The notes under the pieces are model-generated. The model did no database searches and had not been told where the DNA came from. It saw only the letters and a list, made by a program, of their open reading frames with translations. Positions 20,221-29,489 of a stretch of 64,000 nt of DNA are shown one piece after another; the first letter of the stretch is position 1, and the number at the start of each line of letters is the position of its first letter. Source of the DNA: a virus. The stretch is taken from positions 1 through 64,000 of the IMG/VR virus record IMGVR_UViG_3300022226_000004, one strand, 5' to 3'. Position numbers and translations under genes: made by a program.

Positions 20221-21915
20221 TTAAACAGCCGTGTAGAGATCAGTGTAATCGCCGCTCTCGCCAGTGTGATCCGGAATGACATCGCTGAAGTTCTCAACGA
20301 TTAGGTTGTCCGGAGGACATTCAACGATTGCAGTCCAGGTTACGGAGTTAAGACTCACTTCCTGAGTCGGGTTCTCCATGACGCAAGCATACGCGCTATC
20401 GATCCTAGCCAAGTCCTCGAGCTTGCCGGTTCGGAAGACCTTGCGATTAGATGCGATGATGCCAGGGTAGATTCCGCCACCAAGATCCAGGATCCACAAG
20501 AAGCGTGCCGTGCTAGTCAGGCCCTCGGTTTCGGCCGCCGAGCCCATGTCATCGAAGAAGAAGTGGCAAATGATGTTCATCGTCACGCCCTTCGGAAAGA
20601 TGAGGTGGTAGCTCGTCCAGCGGAATCCAAGAACTCCGTGCATGCCGCTCTCCATCGCAATGTTGAACCGCGCCAACCCCTCATATTGGGTGTCGTAGTA
20701 GCGGATCATTGCCCGGTGAATCAAGGCTGCCGTGGTCGTATCCGTGTAGATATCGATCGAATCAGCCAACTTGCCTTGGTTCGACCGAGACCGATGGATC
20801 TGATAGAGCGCGTTGAAAAGCTCCTCAAGATTCAGCTGTTGGTTTTGCAGGTCATTGACCTGGCCGCACTCATGCAGCTGCTCGTAAACACCGACAGCGT
20901 TGGCTCTGAATCCTACACAGACAGACTCGTTCGGAATGTAGAGATCAGAACCTCCGTAGGTCTGGATCTGCTCCAATGACTTCCAGTTCGCCAAGGTTTG
21001 ATTGGCGCTGATAGCCTTGTTCCAGAAGAAGCTATTGAGCCACTCCCGCTGGAAAAGCATGCCGTATTGCTTATTGCGCTCTGCGACAGGGACATCACCG
21101 AATTGACGAAAATACTCGTTGGTCTCCATCAACTTAGCGAACCACTCTTCATAGAGGCTATCCACGCACATCGTCCACCGACTGGTCTGCACCCAGAACG
21201 GAACAGACCGGTTAGGGTTGAGGGCCGGGCGATTGTGGCAATACGATTCCCAGTCCGACACGTTATTGGTGCCGATAACCAGAATGCCGGTCGTCGGGAA
21301 TTCAACCTTGGGCGCCGGCGAATTCGAAGCCGCGTTCTCGGACACCATGGTCAACTGAGTGGTGGCACTTCCACCGAACGTGCTGTCCACAGCAGTCACG
21401 ACACGCCAAGCAGTGCGGGTAGCCGTGCCCCCGGCAGTCCGACTGAAGATGAACACCCTGGTATCCGGCACAAACCACGCATTGTCCAACGGAACACCCT
21501 GCCTGGAAAGCACTTGAACGGTGTAGGCGCCGGCAGTCCCGGAACCATCAACGACCGCCCAGTATTCGTCATTAACAATCGACTTCTGCTGCGCAAGGAT
21601 GAAGGGCTCCACTAGGCTGGGAGATCCCCGAACCCGGCGCTTCGTGACGAAACCGGAAAAGCTCCTAGCTGACGCCATCAGGAAATCGAACAGTCCGTTG
21701 ACCCGACTCCCGCATGCCTTGATCTCAAGCTGCGTAAGCAAGAGAGATTGCATGTCACGGAAATCGTTGTTCTCGTCCTGGAAAATCGAAGAGAGTTCCG
21801 AAGGCGTAGCCCCAATGACATCGCATCGAGTCACAGTTCCACATGAATCGAAGGATGTCCCAATGGCTACATCACAACGTCCATCCTCTGAAAAAATATT
21901 GCTTCCAATTGGCAT
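20221..21915 (-). CDS. major capsid protein
   Basis: ~564 aa (ATG 21915; track start 21936); order portal-small ORF-scaffold-this gene-terminator. Confidence 0.7.
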   Translation of the reverse strand: MPIGSNIFSEDGRCDVAIGTSFDSCGTVTRCDVIGATPSELSSIFQDENNDFRDMQSLLLTQLEIKACGSRVNGLFDFLMASARSFSGFVTKRRVRGSPSLVEPFILAQQKSIVNDEYWAVVDGSGTAGAYTVQVLSRQGVPLDNAWFVPDTRVFIFSRTAGGTATRTAWRVVTAVDSTFGGSATTQLTMVSENAASNSPAPKVEFPTTGILVIGTNNVSDWESYCHNRPALNPNRSVPFWVQTSRWTMCVDSLYEEWFAKLMETNEYFRQFGDVPVAERNKQYGMLFQREWLNSFFWNKAISANQTLANWKSLEQIQTYGGSDLYIPNESVCVGFRANAVGVYEQLHECGQVNDLQNQQLNLEELFNALYQIHRSRSNQGKLADSIDIYTDTTTAALIHRAMIRYYDTQYEGLARFNIAMESGMHGVLGFRWTSYHLIFPKGVTMNIICHFFFDDMGSAAETEGLTSTARFLWILDLGGGIYPGIIASNRKVFRTGKLEDLARIDSAYACVMENPTQEVSLNSVTWTAIVECPPDNLIVENFSDVIPDHTGESGDYTDLYTAV

Positions 21916-21966
21916 CTGTTTAGGTCGCGGCGCCACCGAGCAATAGCACCAGCTTTACTAAACAGA

Positions 21967-23514
21967 CTACCTCTGGAAAAGTCGGTCGGTCAACTGAACC
22001 GACCAACTCTTTTCATTGTCTGCAGTGGCTCCAGGGGTTGAGTCTATTTTTGACCCAGACGTTGTAGATGGGGCTGGGGATTTCTTGGGTTTTTGCTGGG
22101 ATTCTGCTCCCTTCTTGGCGGCAGGCGGGGACAGAAGCGCCTCTTCGTTAATGTCCAGCCCTTGTGATTTAGCAAGCTTGACGAGCTCTTGCGCTCTAGA
22201 TTTTGCTAGTTTGCCAGCTAAGGCCACTGCTTCTTCCTGAATCGCAGCAATCATTTCCTGCTCGCCGACAGTCCAATATTGGTCGGCTGCCGCTGGGTTG
22301 CGATTCACAAGACTGGCAAACTCATCAGTCCGCATAAACTGCTTGCCGCCACGTTGGGACTTCCGTGACGCTGCGAATGCATCATTCAGTGATTTCTCAA
22401 TCTGGGCTAGCGTTTTGTGGATTTGGTCAGATGGGTTGAACCTGGTCGATCCGGAGTAAATTTCGACGGTTGCTCGGAGATGCTTGTCCATCTCTTCTGC
22501 AACCTCAGCAGCAACCCGATCCAGGATCCCGCCATTCTCCTTAGCCGCTGACCGTCCGGCCCGAGTAGTCAAGTCAGCACTGACTTTGAATCCGGAAGCA
22601 AACTCCTTGGCAGCACTCTCAATCACCATTGCCGCTTTCTTATCTGCTTCCTGTTTGACCAACTTGGCCTCTAACTCCTGCAGTCTTCGTGTGGACTCGT
22701 CGGAACCACTAGGCTTTAGCACATTGAGCTTGGCCTCGTCGTAATCATCTGGGTCATACTGCACTTCAATAGAATCCAGGAAGTCAGCATGCTCATCATC
22801 CTTCCAATCAAACCGCTTGCCAGGATTGTCTTTCTGCCACTGAGTTCGATAGTCCTTTTTGGAGGTGAGCTCCTCAAGGAACTGAGTGGGAAGACTTGAG
22901 TATTCGCTCGGCCATTTTTTGGCCATGGTTTGAAGAATAGAGTAGGTCCGCTCAGCCTTCCTGTTGCCTTGGATAACCTCTGGAATCTCAGAGAGTTTTG
23001 ACTCTTGCTTGAGCGTGTCCTTTGGTGTGGAAACCGCACGAGTCGCAGCTTCGGTGGCAATCCTGGTGATATCGCTTAGAGATACAGGCGGGGTTTCTTC
23101 TTCCTCCTCGGCGGCAGCAGACTTCGCATCATCCTCTTCAGCCTCAGCGTCATCGGCCTTGATCTCCTCCTCTTCTTCTGGCTCTTCCTTGGTGTCGGGC
23201 TCGTCCTTGGGAGGTTTCCGGCCGAACAGTCTGGCTTTTAGCGCCTCAGCGGCTTTCTTGCGACCCTCATCGTCTGGCCTTCCCTCCTCTTGATTTGGCT
23301 TTCCCTGGTGAACATACTCCGTGCGGGTAGCTCCATGCGTGTCTTTGGTATCATCCCCAAGTTTCTCAACCTGAATCTGCGGCTTGTCTTCCCTGGGTTT
23401 AGGCGATGCCTCTCCCTTCCTTAGGAGATGGCTTCCTAGCATGTCTCGCAATGACGGGGCGCTTGCGGTGGGTGAGGCTGTTTCTTCGGTCTGGGTTCCT
23501 GCGTCTTTTGGCAT
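21967..23514 (-). CDS. capsid scaffolding protein
   Basis: 515 aa, highly charged with an acidic low-complexity tract; directly upstream of the capsid gene. Confidence 0.6.
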   Translation of the reverse strand: MPKDAGTQTEETASPTASAPSLRDMLGSHLLRKGEASPKPREDKPQIQVEKLGDDTKDTHGATRTEYVHQGKPNQEEGRPDDEGRKKAAEALKARLFGRKPPKDEPDTKEEPEEEEEIKADDAEAEEDDAKSAAAEEEEETPPVSLSDITRIATEAATRAVSTPKDTLKQESKLSEIPEVIQGNRKAERTYSILQTMAKKWPSEYSSLPTQFLEELTSKKDYRTQWQKDNPGKRFDWKDDEHADFLDSIEVQYDPDDYDEAKLNVLKPSGSDESTRRLQELEAKLVKQEADKKAAMVIESAAKEFASGFKVSADLTTRAGRSAAKENGGILDRVAAEVAEEMDKHLRATVEIYSGSTRFNPSDQIHKTLAQIEKSLNDAFAASRKSQRGGKQFMRTDEFASLVNRNPAAADQYWTVGEQEMIAAIQEEAVALAGKLAKSRAQELVKLAKSQGLDINEEALLSPPAAKKGAESQQKPKKSPAPSTTSGSKIDSTPGATADNEKSWSVQLTDRLFQR

Positions 23515-23520
23515 AGCTTA

Positions 23521-23817
23521 CTAGTCCTGATTTTGATCAGATCCTAGGACATCGCTGCGCATCTGCAACAATAATATTTCCGCCTTCCGGTAGTTCGCTG
23601 CCTTTCTGGCAACTAATTTAATGTCTTCGATCTGCATGGGATCAGTGGCACCTTCAAGCGAAGCTTCAATCAAAAGGTTCGCGGCCTCGATGCCTGTCTC
23701 ATCTGACAGGCTTGAAAAAGCCTGACACAAAAGGTCAAACGCTTCCGAGCGAAACAACTTCTCGAGCTTTGCCCGGTCCTGACTGCTGAACTCGTCCCAA
23801 ACTGTTTTCACTGGCAC
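23521..23817 (-). CDS. small helical protein between portal and scaffold
   Basis: GTG start with AAGGA; usual podoviral position. Confidence 0.5.
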   Translation of the reverse strand: MPVKTVWDEFSSQDRAKLEKLFRSEAFDLLCQAFSSLSDETGIEAANLLIEASLEGATDPMQIEDIKLVARKAANYRKAEILLLQMRSDVLGSDQNQD

Positions 23818-26113
23818 TCCTTACTATTTGTTCAAGCTTCTGGGAAATCTCCACCAATGCGCTCTGAATGACAGGAACAGTCTCAAGCATCTCCTGCTGC
23901 CCTGCAACAGCCTCGGCCACTGGAGCAACGGTCTGTTCGACAATCGCCTGAGCATCGCCGGCCGCAGCAGCCCGGACTTCCTCGGCCAACTGGGCTAACT
24001 GTTGACGGAACTCATCTCCGCCCTGTCCCTGTTCGACTTGCTCCAGTTGCCTGGTTCGCTCAAGATTGGCTACCCTGAGCGTGAAATCTCTCGGCAGCCC
24101 AGCGATACGAATAATCTGATTGGTCAGAGCAATCGCTTGTTCTGCGCCTATCGCTGTTGCGGTAATTGGATTCGACAACAGTTGGATCAAAATCTGACTC
24201 ATCGAAACGGCAACTTCGGCGTTTGAGGTCCTGTCATCAGCATCCCTCGAACTGGCAAACCCCTCGAGAAGAAGAGCTTCCTTGGGACCCTCGATCTCCG
24301 CATTCTCCCCTTCGTTTGCTGCCGCCCTAGAAACAGTGAACCCAACCTCCTCTAATGCTTCGGCAGTCACTGGATGAACCGTCGCAATCTGCGAATACAC
24401 CGTGTCCTGCCCATACGCCATCAACCCGTCATAAAGCTGCTTCTTCCAAGCCGCAATCCCGTCATCAATGAACCCACCGGTTAAGGCGATTCGGTTGGTC
24501 ACATTGTTGCCGATCACCCTGACCTCTTCAGCTGTCTGCTCATGCGCAGCAACGGCCCCAACCTCCTGGGCTGAGAACACGAGCACTCGCTCCACCATGT
24601 CGAGCAGTGTCCGGAAAGCCCCGAGCAGCTCGACGGTGTTGAATAATGGAAACTTGACAGTGTGAAATGCCTCTCGAATGTCCTGCTGTGACATTCTTAC
24701 CTTCCGTCCGGAAAACGGGATGAAAGGGATGGAACGATACCACTTCTCCCCAAGATTCTGGAGTTCTTCGATGTGTTGCTGGGCTACCAGATCCGAATTT
24801 ACGAACACTGCTTGCGCCAAATTCTTCTTTGCGCTCAGGATTTGCTGCGACAACAAGTTGCTCATGTGATCCTGAAACGGTAGCAACTCAAGGCTCAGGC
24901 TGGCTGGATTCTTCCGCTCTTCGTGGGCGTCATACCCCATGTAAACCGCAGGAGTGTATAGAATCGGAGCCACGTAAAGAGGCGTGTCGTCATTCGCCAA
25001 AACAAACCGCATCCAAATCGGGGCATCGTAATCCCCTAGGCCCCATTGCTTCGGCGTTAGGCGCATGAAGTGATCAGTCAAGACCACTCCCTGATCCCTG
25101 TCCTCTGTCGAAAAGAAGCCCACCCGAGACTCCCTGTCGTTTTCCCCTGCGCCAGACCTGGCGACTAATCCGTTATCATCACAGGATGGAAGGTTGATTG
25201 TGCATGGGCAGATCTGGCGCCTAAGAATGTCCCCCTTGGGAAGGATGCTTCCCGTGTTCTTCGATACTGAATCCTTGTTGAAGAAGGTCTCACTGTCCTC
25301 GATCTCCGAGAACCTAACGACCCGCCAATACCCAAGAAACTCAACCCCGGTATTGGTGTTGATCGTTCCCAGACGATACCGATCGTCGTAGAAAGTTCTG
25401 CTGGGGTGCGGGATATTGTAGCGCAAGCCCTCCTTGATAATCCTGTCTTCAATCGAGTCGTCTTCACCAATCTCCTTGGCAATCTCGGTGAACCAGTCTT
25501 CTGCGGGGAACGCCAGCATGGTCCCGTAATGCAGAGCATGAAAGATCATCTGCCTGAGCGTCGCACGATAGCCCAGCTGGTCAGACATGAAACGAATCCT
25601 GTCGGTAATAATCTCAGTCCTGATTCTGTCCTGCCTGGTGCTCTTTGCGGGCTCATACTTCAGCAATGGGTGAAGGTCGCGATCAGCGAACAGCTTGCTC
25701 CATCTGATGTTCAGGTAGGCTCGGACAAGCGGGATTATGATCTCGTTAAAGGTGGGCAAGTCTAGCTCCTTCTCAGACTTCTCCTCGGTGACACGTGACG
25801 CCAATGCGTTGGTCATGGGTCGGTCATTCAGGATCTCGAGCGCCTCCTTTGACTTGCCGGCCTTCAAGCTACGTAAGGCCCCATGCATAAGAGTGGGGGT
25901 TATCTGGCGAAACGGCGCATCGTAAGCCATATCGATAGCCCACCATGTCCTCCACTGACTCAGGTTGCTGTCCCTGCCGTCTCGACTCCTTGAGCAAAGA
26001 AGATTGAGCAATGTCTTGAGCTTCCCCTGAAGCACCTTGCCCTCAGGAGTGAACTTGGGTCTCAGCTGCTCTGGCGTTAAACCGAACCTCTCTAGTTGAT
26101 CAAATTTTATCAT
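23735..26113 (-). CDS. portal protein
   Basis: 792 aa; HALHYGT and TAEEV motifs plus a Gln/Ala coiled-coil C-terminus, as in P22-like portals. Confidence 0.75.
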   Translation of the reverse strand: MIKFDQLERFGLTPEQLRPKFTPEGKVLQGKLKTLLNLLCSRSRDGRDSNLSQWRTWWAIDMAYDAPFRQITPTLMHGALRSLKAGKSKEALEILNDRPMTNALASRVTEEKSEKELDLPTFNEIIIPLVRAYLNIRWSKLFADRDLHPLLKYEPAKSTRQDRIRTEIITDRIRFMSDQLGYRATLRQMIFHALHYGTMLAFPAEDWFTEIAKEIGEDDSIEDRIIKEGLRYNIPHPSRTFYDDRYRLGTINTNTGVEFLGYWRVVRFSEIEDSETFFNKDSVSKNTGSILPKGDILRRQICPCTINLPSCDDNGLVARSGAGENDRESRVGFFSTEDRDQGVVLTDHFMRLTPKQWGLGDYDAPIWMRFVLANDDTPLYVAPILYTPAVYMGYDAHEERKNPASLSLELLPFQDHMSNLLSQQILSAKKNLAQAVFVNSDLVAQQHIEELQNLGEKWYRSIPFIPFSGRKVRMSQQDIREAFHTVKFPLFNTVELLGAFRTLLDMVERVLVFSAQEVGAVAAHEQTAEEVRVIGNNVTNRIALTGGFIDDGIAAWKKQLYDGLMAYGQDTVYSQIATVHPVTAEALEEVGFTVSRAAANEGENAEIEGPKEALLLEGFASSRDADDRTSNAEVAVSMSQILIQLLSNPITATAIGAEQAIALTNQIIRIAGLPRDFTLRVANLERTRQLEQVEQGQGGDEFRQQLAQLAEEVRAAAAGDAQAIVEQTVAPVAEAVAGQQEMLETVPVIQSALVEISQKLEQIVRSASENSLGRVQQSGPGKAREVVSLGSV

Positions 26114-26406
26114 CCTATCCGTGGGGTTTTCTCCAGGATTCGCATCCGCATCCGCATAGCCTTCGCCTCAATTGGGGCAGACCCCGTAACTGTTGCAATG
26201 ATTCTGGTGGTAACTCTCAACCTCAATGGCACACCATCCCATGTAACTTCCGCCACCGAATTCCTGTCAATGACATGCTGAACAGACCTCTCGCTGCACC
26301 GATGGAGCCTTAGATTCTTAGCCATCAACGCCAGATTTACTGTCCCGTTTTCGTTTTGCGACGCTGCTATTTCAACTGATGCTCTTGTGTCAGGTTTGCG
26401 ACCCAT
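26110..26406 (-). CDS. hypothetical basic protein, first gene of the portal operon
   Basis: MGRKPDTRAS... start at 26406, just downstream of a promoter; ATGA overlap with the portal; the longer track ORF overlaps terL and is unlikely. Confidence 0.5.
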   Translation of the reverse strand: MGRKPDTRASVEIAASQNENGTVNLALMAKNLRLHRCSERSVQHVIDRNSVAEVTWDGVPLRLRVTTRIIATVTGSAPIEAKAMRMRMRILEKTPRIG

Positions 26407-26457
26407 CCTGTTCAATATCCCCTTGAGTCCAACCAATGGCAAGGGGATAATGATTTC
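26407..26457. promoter_or_regulatory. overlapping divergent sigma70-like promoters with a 10-bp inverted repeat
   Basis: Plus: TTGAGT-17-GATAAT-6-ATG (terL); minus: TTGCCA-17-GATATT-7-ATG; inverted repeat TATCCCCTTG (26416-25) / CAAGGGGATA (26440-49). Confidence 0.65.
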
Positions 26458-27993
26458 ATGCCAGTTGACGCGAACGGTAGGTGGTATCCAGATATTTGTG
26501 GAAAGCAACTCGAAGTCTTCAACGCCAGGAAGCGCTACACTCTTGTTGACGGTCCAAAGAAAAGCGGGAAATCCATTGCCAATCTTCATCGCTTAGCGCG
26601 GCACTTGTGGGAGGTGCCCAGTAGAGTTGGAGTTTTCACTAAGACACTCCGCAATGCCAAGTCGGGAGGAGTCTGGAATGACTTGATCGATATTATCCTT
26701 CCGGAATGGTTCGATTCCGGGATCGGCATCCGGTTCACAACCAGAAAATCTGACGGAACCTACGGCCCAAAGCAGGATGCCAACACCAGAATGCAATACT
26801 TCAAAGTCAGAAACTCTCATGGAACACAATCTGAGGTTCAGCTCCACTCCATTGACAACGAGAGGGAAGTCGAATCCATTGCCAAAGGCACAAGGTTCTC
26901 GATGTTCTACTTTGCCGAGCTCTCAAATTTCAAGAACAGGCTAGTATTCGATATTACTAGCGATCAGCTCCGCATGCCATCAATTGCATTCGAAGATCAC
27001 ATGTGGCTTGCCGACACAAACCCTTCTGACGACGGGCCGGATAGTTGGATCTACAAGCTCTGGTATTCATTCTTGGAAATGGAGGACTGCCCCCAGCCAA
27101 ACCTTCAGCGCCACCTCCAACGAATCCAGATAATGATTGAGGACAATCCCTATCTGAGCGAAGAAGAAGTCAATGACCTCAAGGAGCGCTTTGTCTACGA
27201 CCCTGATCTTTACGCCCGATATATCGAGGGCAAATGGGTTCACGCAGTGAAGGACGCCTTGTTCGAAACCCAATTCAAGCCAGCCGTCCACGTCCTGGGT
27301 AACACAGACGCTCTAGATGAGGATCAATGGGAAATCCTACTGCCGTCAGATAACTGCTCCCAACTTCTTTCAGGATGGGATCTTGGAGACCGCTATCATT
27401 CAGCACACATCGTTGAAAAAGTTTCGACAGCTAATGGGCAGACATTCCTTGTCCTTGACGAATGCTGCAAGCTCAACCCGGAGGAGCAAGTCTCAATCAA
27501 GGACTTCACGGAAGAATTCCTGGAGCTTTACGAGTTCTGGATGAAGCGGGCAATCAATGGGCGAGTAGGCCCGGACGGAAAACCAATACTCGAGATCCCG
27601 TGGGTTCACTGGGCTGATTCGCAAGCCTTGAATTCCTACCGCAGTGGAGCAGACAACTACGATGCAAACCTGGTCTACAGCTATTCAGATGCCCGAATCG
27701 CATTCAATGCTGCCCCTAAATTTCCTGGGTCAGTCCAAACCAGAATCCGTTTAGTCAAGACACTGTTGTTTGAGGGGAGGTTGCTGATCTCGGCTAAATG
27801 CCAATCTACAATCCAGATGTTCAAATCACTGAAGGCGGGAAGTGGCGCTAAGCCAATCGCTCCATCAAAACACAGGCATCCTTTTGATTCGTTGTCCTAT
27901 CTCCTTGCCTCAGAAGAGCCATGGGGCCTCCTCGAGGATCTGGATAAAACCGGGAACGACGAAAAAGAGCCGGCCATTGTGATGATACAATGA
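26458..27993 (+). CDS. terL: terminase large subunit
   Basis: Walker A GPKKSGKS, Walker B-like MFYFAE, motif III DTNP, NPYL, RNase H-fold GWDLG and HPFDSLSY. Confidence 0.9.
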   Translation: MPVDANGRWYPDICGKQLEVFNARKRYTLVDGPKKSGKSIANLHRLARHLWEVPSRVGVFTKTLRNAKSGGVWNDLIDIILPEWFDSGIGIRFTTRKSDGTYGPKQDANTRMQYFKVRNSHGTQSEVQLHSIDNEREVESIAKGTRFSMFYFAELSNFKNRLVFDITSDQLRMPSIAFEDHMWLADTNPSDDGPDSWIYKLWYSFLEMEDCPQPNLQRHLQRIQIMIEDNPYLSEEEVNDLKERFVYDPDLYARYIEGKWVHAVKDALFETQFKPAVHVLGNTDALDEDQWEILLPSDNCSQLLSGWDLGDRYHSAHIVEKVSTANGQTFLVLDECCKLNPEEQVSIKDFTEEFLELYEFWMKRAINGRVGPDGKPILEIPWVHWADSQALNSYRSGADNYDANLVYSYSDARIAFNAAPKFPGSVQTRIRLVKTLLFEGRLLISAKCQSTIQMFKSLKAGSGAKPIAPSKHRHPFDSLSYLLASEEPWGLLEDLDKTGNDEKEPAIVMIQ

Positions 27994-28033
27994 CCGGCCA
28001 CTTACACACCCTCACGCCAACCTCCGCTGGCGC

Positions 28034-28288
28034 TCATGACTTCCCGCTCGGTAGGTTGCCATCGGCCGGATTTGGCCATGGCGTATAATGCTTTCCGTTC
28101 TCCTGTGACTTGTCCATGTTCCGGGATTGAACATACATCGCAAGCACAGCCAAGACCAGGGTGGAGAATGTCTCTGGCTCGAGCTTCTCTTCCTTGGTCA
28201 GATCCCAGGAACTAACCACAACAGACAACGCAATCAAAAACCGCGTTGTCTTCGCAAGCCTTGCCACATCCTGGAACGCCTTGATCAT
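28034..28288 (-). CDS. holin-like membrane protein
   Basis: 84 aa, two hydrophobic segments and a charged C-terminus. Confidence 0.4.
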   Translation of the reverse strand: MIKAFQDVARLAKTTRFLIALSVVVSSWDLTKEEKLEPETFSTLVLAVLAMYVQSRNMDKSQENGKHYTPWPNPADGNLPSGKS

Positions 28289-28488
28289 GGGGCTGGCTGA
28301 GTCTGCCCCTTTTTTGCCCTAGCCTCAGTGATGTAATCGTCGTAGCCCTTCTGGGCTGTCTTGAACCAATCATCCATTTGCTGATCCGATATGGAGTCAG
28401 CACGAAACAACATGAACATCTTTTGCGCGGCCGGCAGTCCGTATTTAAGGGCCAGCTGAGCAATGGTCATGATCATTTGTGGGGTCAT
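28285..28488 (-). CDS. hypothetical protein
   Basis: 67 aa, ATGA-type coupling. Confidence 0.5.
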   Translation of the reverse strand: MTPQMIMTIAQLALKYGLPAAQKMFMLFRADSISDQQMDDWFKTAQKGYDDYITEARAKKGQTQPAP

Positions 28489-28904
28489 AATGCGGTAACT
28501 ATAGCGCTAACGATTGCCAGGATGGAAGCGGATGATTCAGATAGGGAAAGGAGGGCGCGATCAACTGAGCTCTTGTCTCCGCCTCCAGAATCACGCGCCG
28601 TTTTGTAGATCTGCCAGGCAGCCTCAGCTGCCTGCATGGCAGACTGGTAATCGCCGTAGGCGTTTCTGACGTTCAATTCATCCTCCTTGAGATCCGAAAG
28701 CAACTGAGCCGATTTAGTGAACGATCCGGCTGAAGCTAAGGTCTCAGCCTCAGCTTCCACTGAAACATAGTAGTCCGCCCATGCCTTCATCGCGGCATCA
28801 ACGGTCTCAGCTGTCGCCCCTATGGTCTTCTTGGAGCTCTGCTCAAACGTCGCACAGCCCACAAGGCTAGCTGCGATCAATACCCATAAAGCCTTCATCT
28901 TCAT
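28485..28904 (-). CDS. lipoprotein (possible spanin/lysis-associated)
   Basis: Signal MKMKALWVLIAASLVG-C with lipobox LVGC; helical body. Confidence 0.6.
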   Translation of the reverse strand: MKMKALWVLIAASLVGCATFEQSSKKTIGATAETVDAAMKAWADYYVSVEAEAETLASAGSFTKSAQLLSDLKEDELNVRNAYGDYQSAMQAAEAAWQIYKTARDSGGGDKSSVDRALLSLSESSASILAIVSAIVTAL

Positions 28905-28912
28905 CGCCCTTC

Positions 28913-29452
28913 CTAACACTCGCAATAGCGCCCGACTTCGACCAACCCAACAGCGACCTGAAGCGCACCTTGCCCCGGAGCACGGAAGCCAACGGAAATC
29001 TTCTCGCCGATGTCAGCCGGCTTGACAAGGTAATGCTCGGCAACGGGTTCGAAATTACCACTGCCCTGGGCAATCGGATGAACCGTAGTTTGGCAAACGA
29101 CATCATCCACGTAAAAATCGATCAGGATCTTGCTCGCGCCAAACCCGTCTTTCCGGCTGCCAACTGACAGCGTAGCCAGATACAAATCGGTTCCGTCAGG
29201 GATCGTCTCGAGCTCTTGCTTGAGACCGTCCGTTTGCCCAGCGTAGGCGACATTGGGAGGAGTCGGAACCTGTCCCGCGTTGAAATAAACAGGGTTCGCC
29301 GGATTCCAAATGCCGCACGTGAAACTGAAGGCAAGCTTCCACAGGGTATCTGCTTCGAATTGCGCCTGGGTCGGTGAGTTGCCTGTTCGGAAGCCATTTG
29401 GAGGCAACGTGATGTTGTTGAAGTTGGCGTTTGCGACGGTTACGTTATTCAT
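28913..29452 (-). CDS. putative carbohydrate-binding-like virion protein
   Basis: MNNVTVANANF..., jelly-roll-like composition; GGGGA upstream. Confidence 0.4.
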   Translation of the reverse strand: MNNVTVANANFNNITLPPNGFRTGNSPTQAQFEADTLWKLAFSFTCGIWNPANPVYFNAGQVPTPPNVAYAGQTDGLKQELETIPDGTDLYLATLSVGSRKDGFGASKILIDFYVDDVVCQTTVHPIAQGSGNFEPVAEHYLVKPADIGEKISVGFRAPGQGALQVAVGLVEVGRYCEC

Positions 29453-29489
29453 ATCCCCCAAAAGTAGGCCAACCAACAACCCTGTCAAG

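Noticed and set aside
767-25925. Numerous plus-strand ORFs antisense to structural genes
   Set aside because: Shadow ORFs of long, coupled minus-strand genes with biased Ser/Arg/Pro composition
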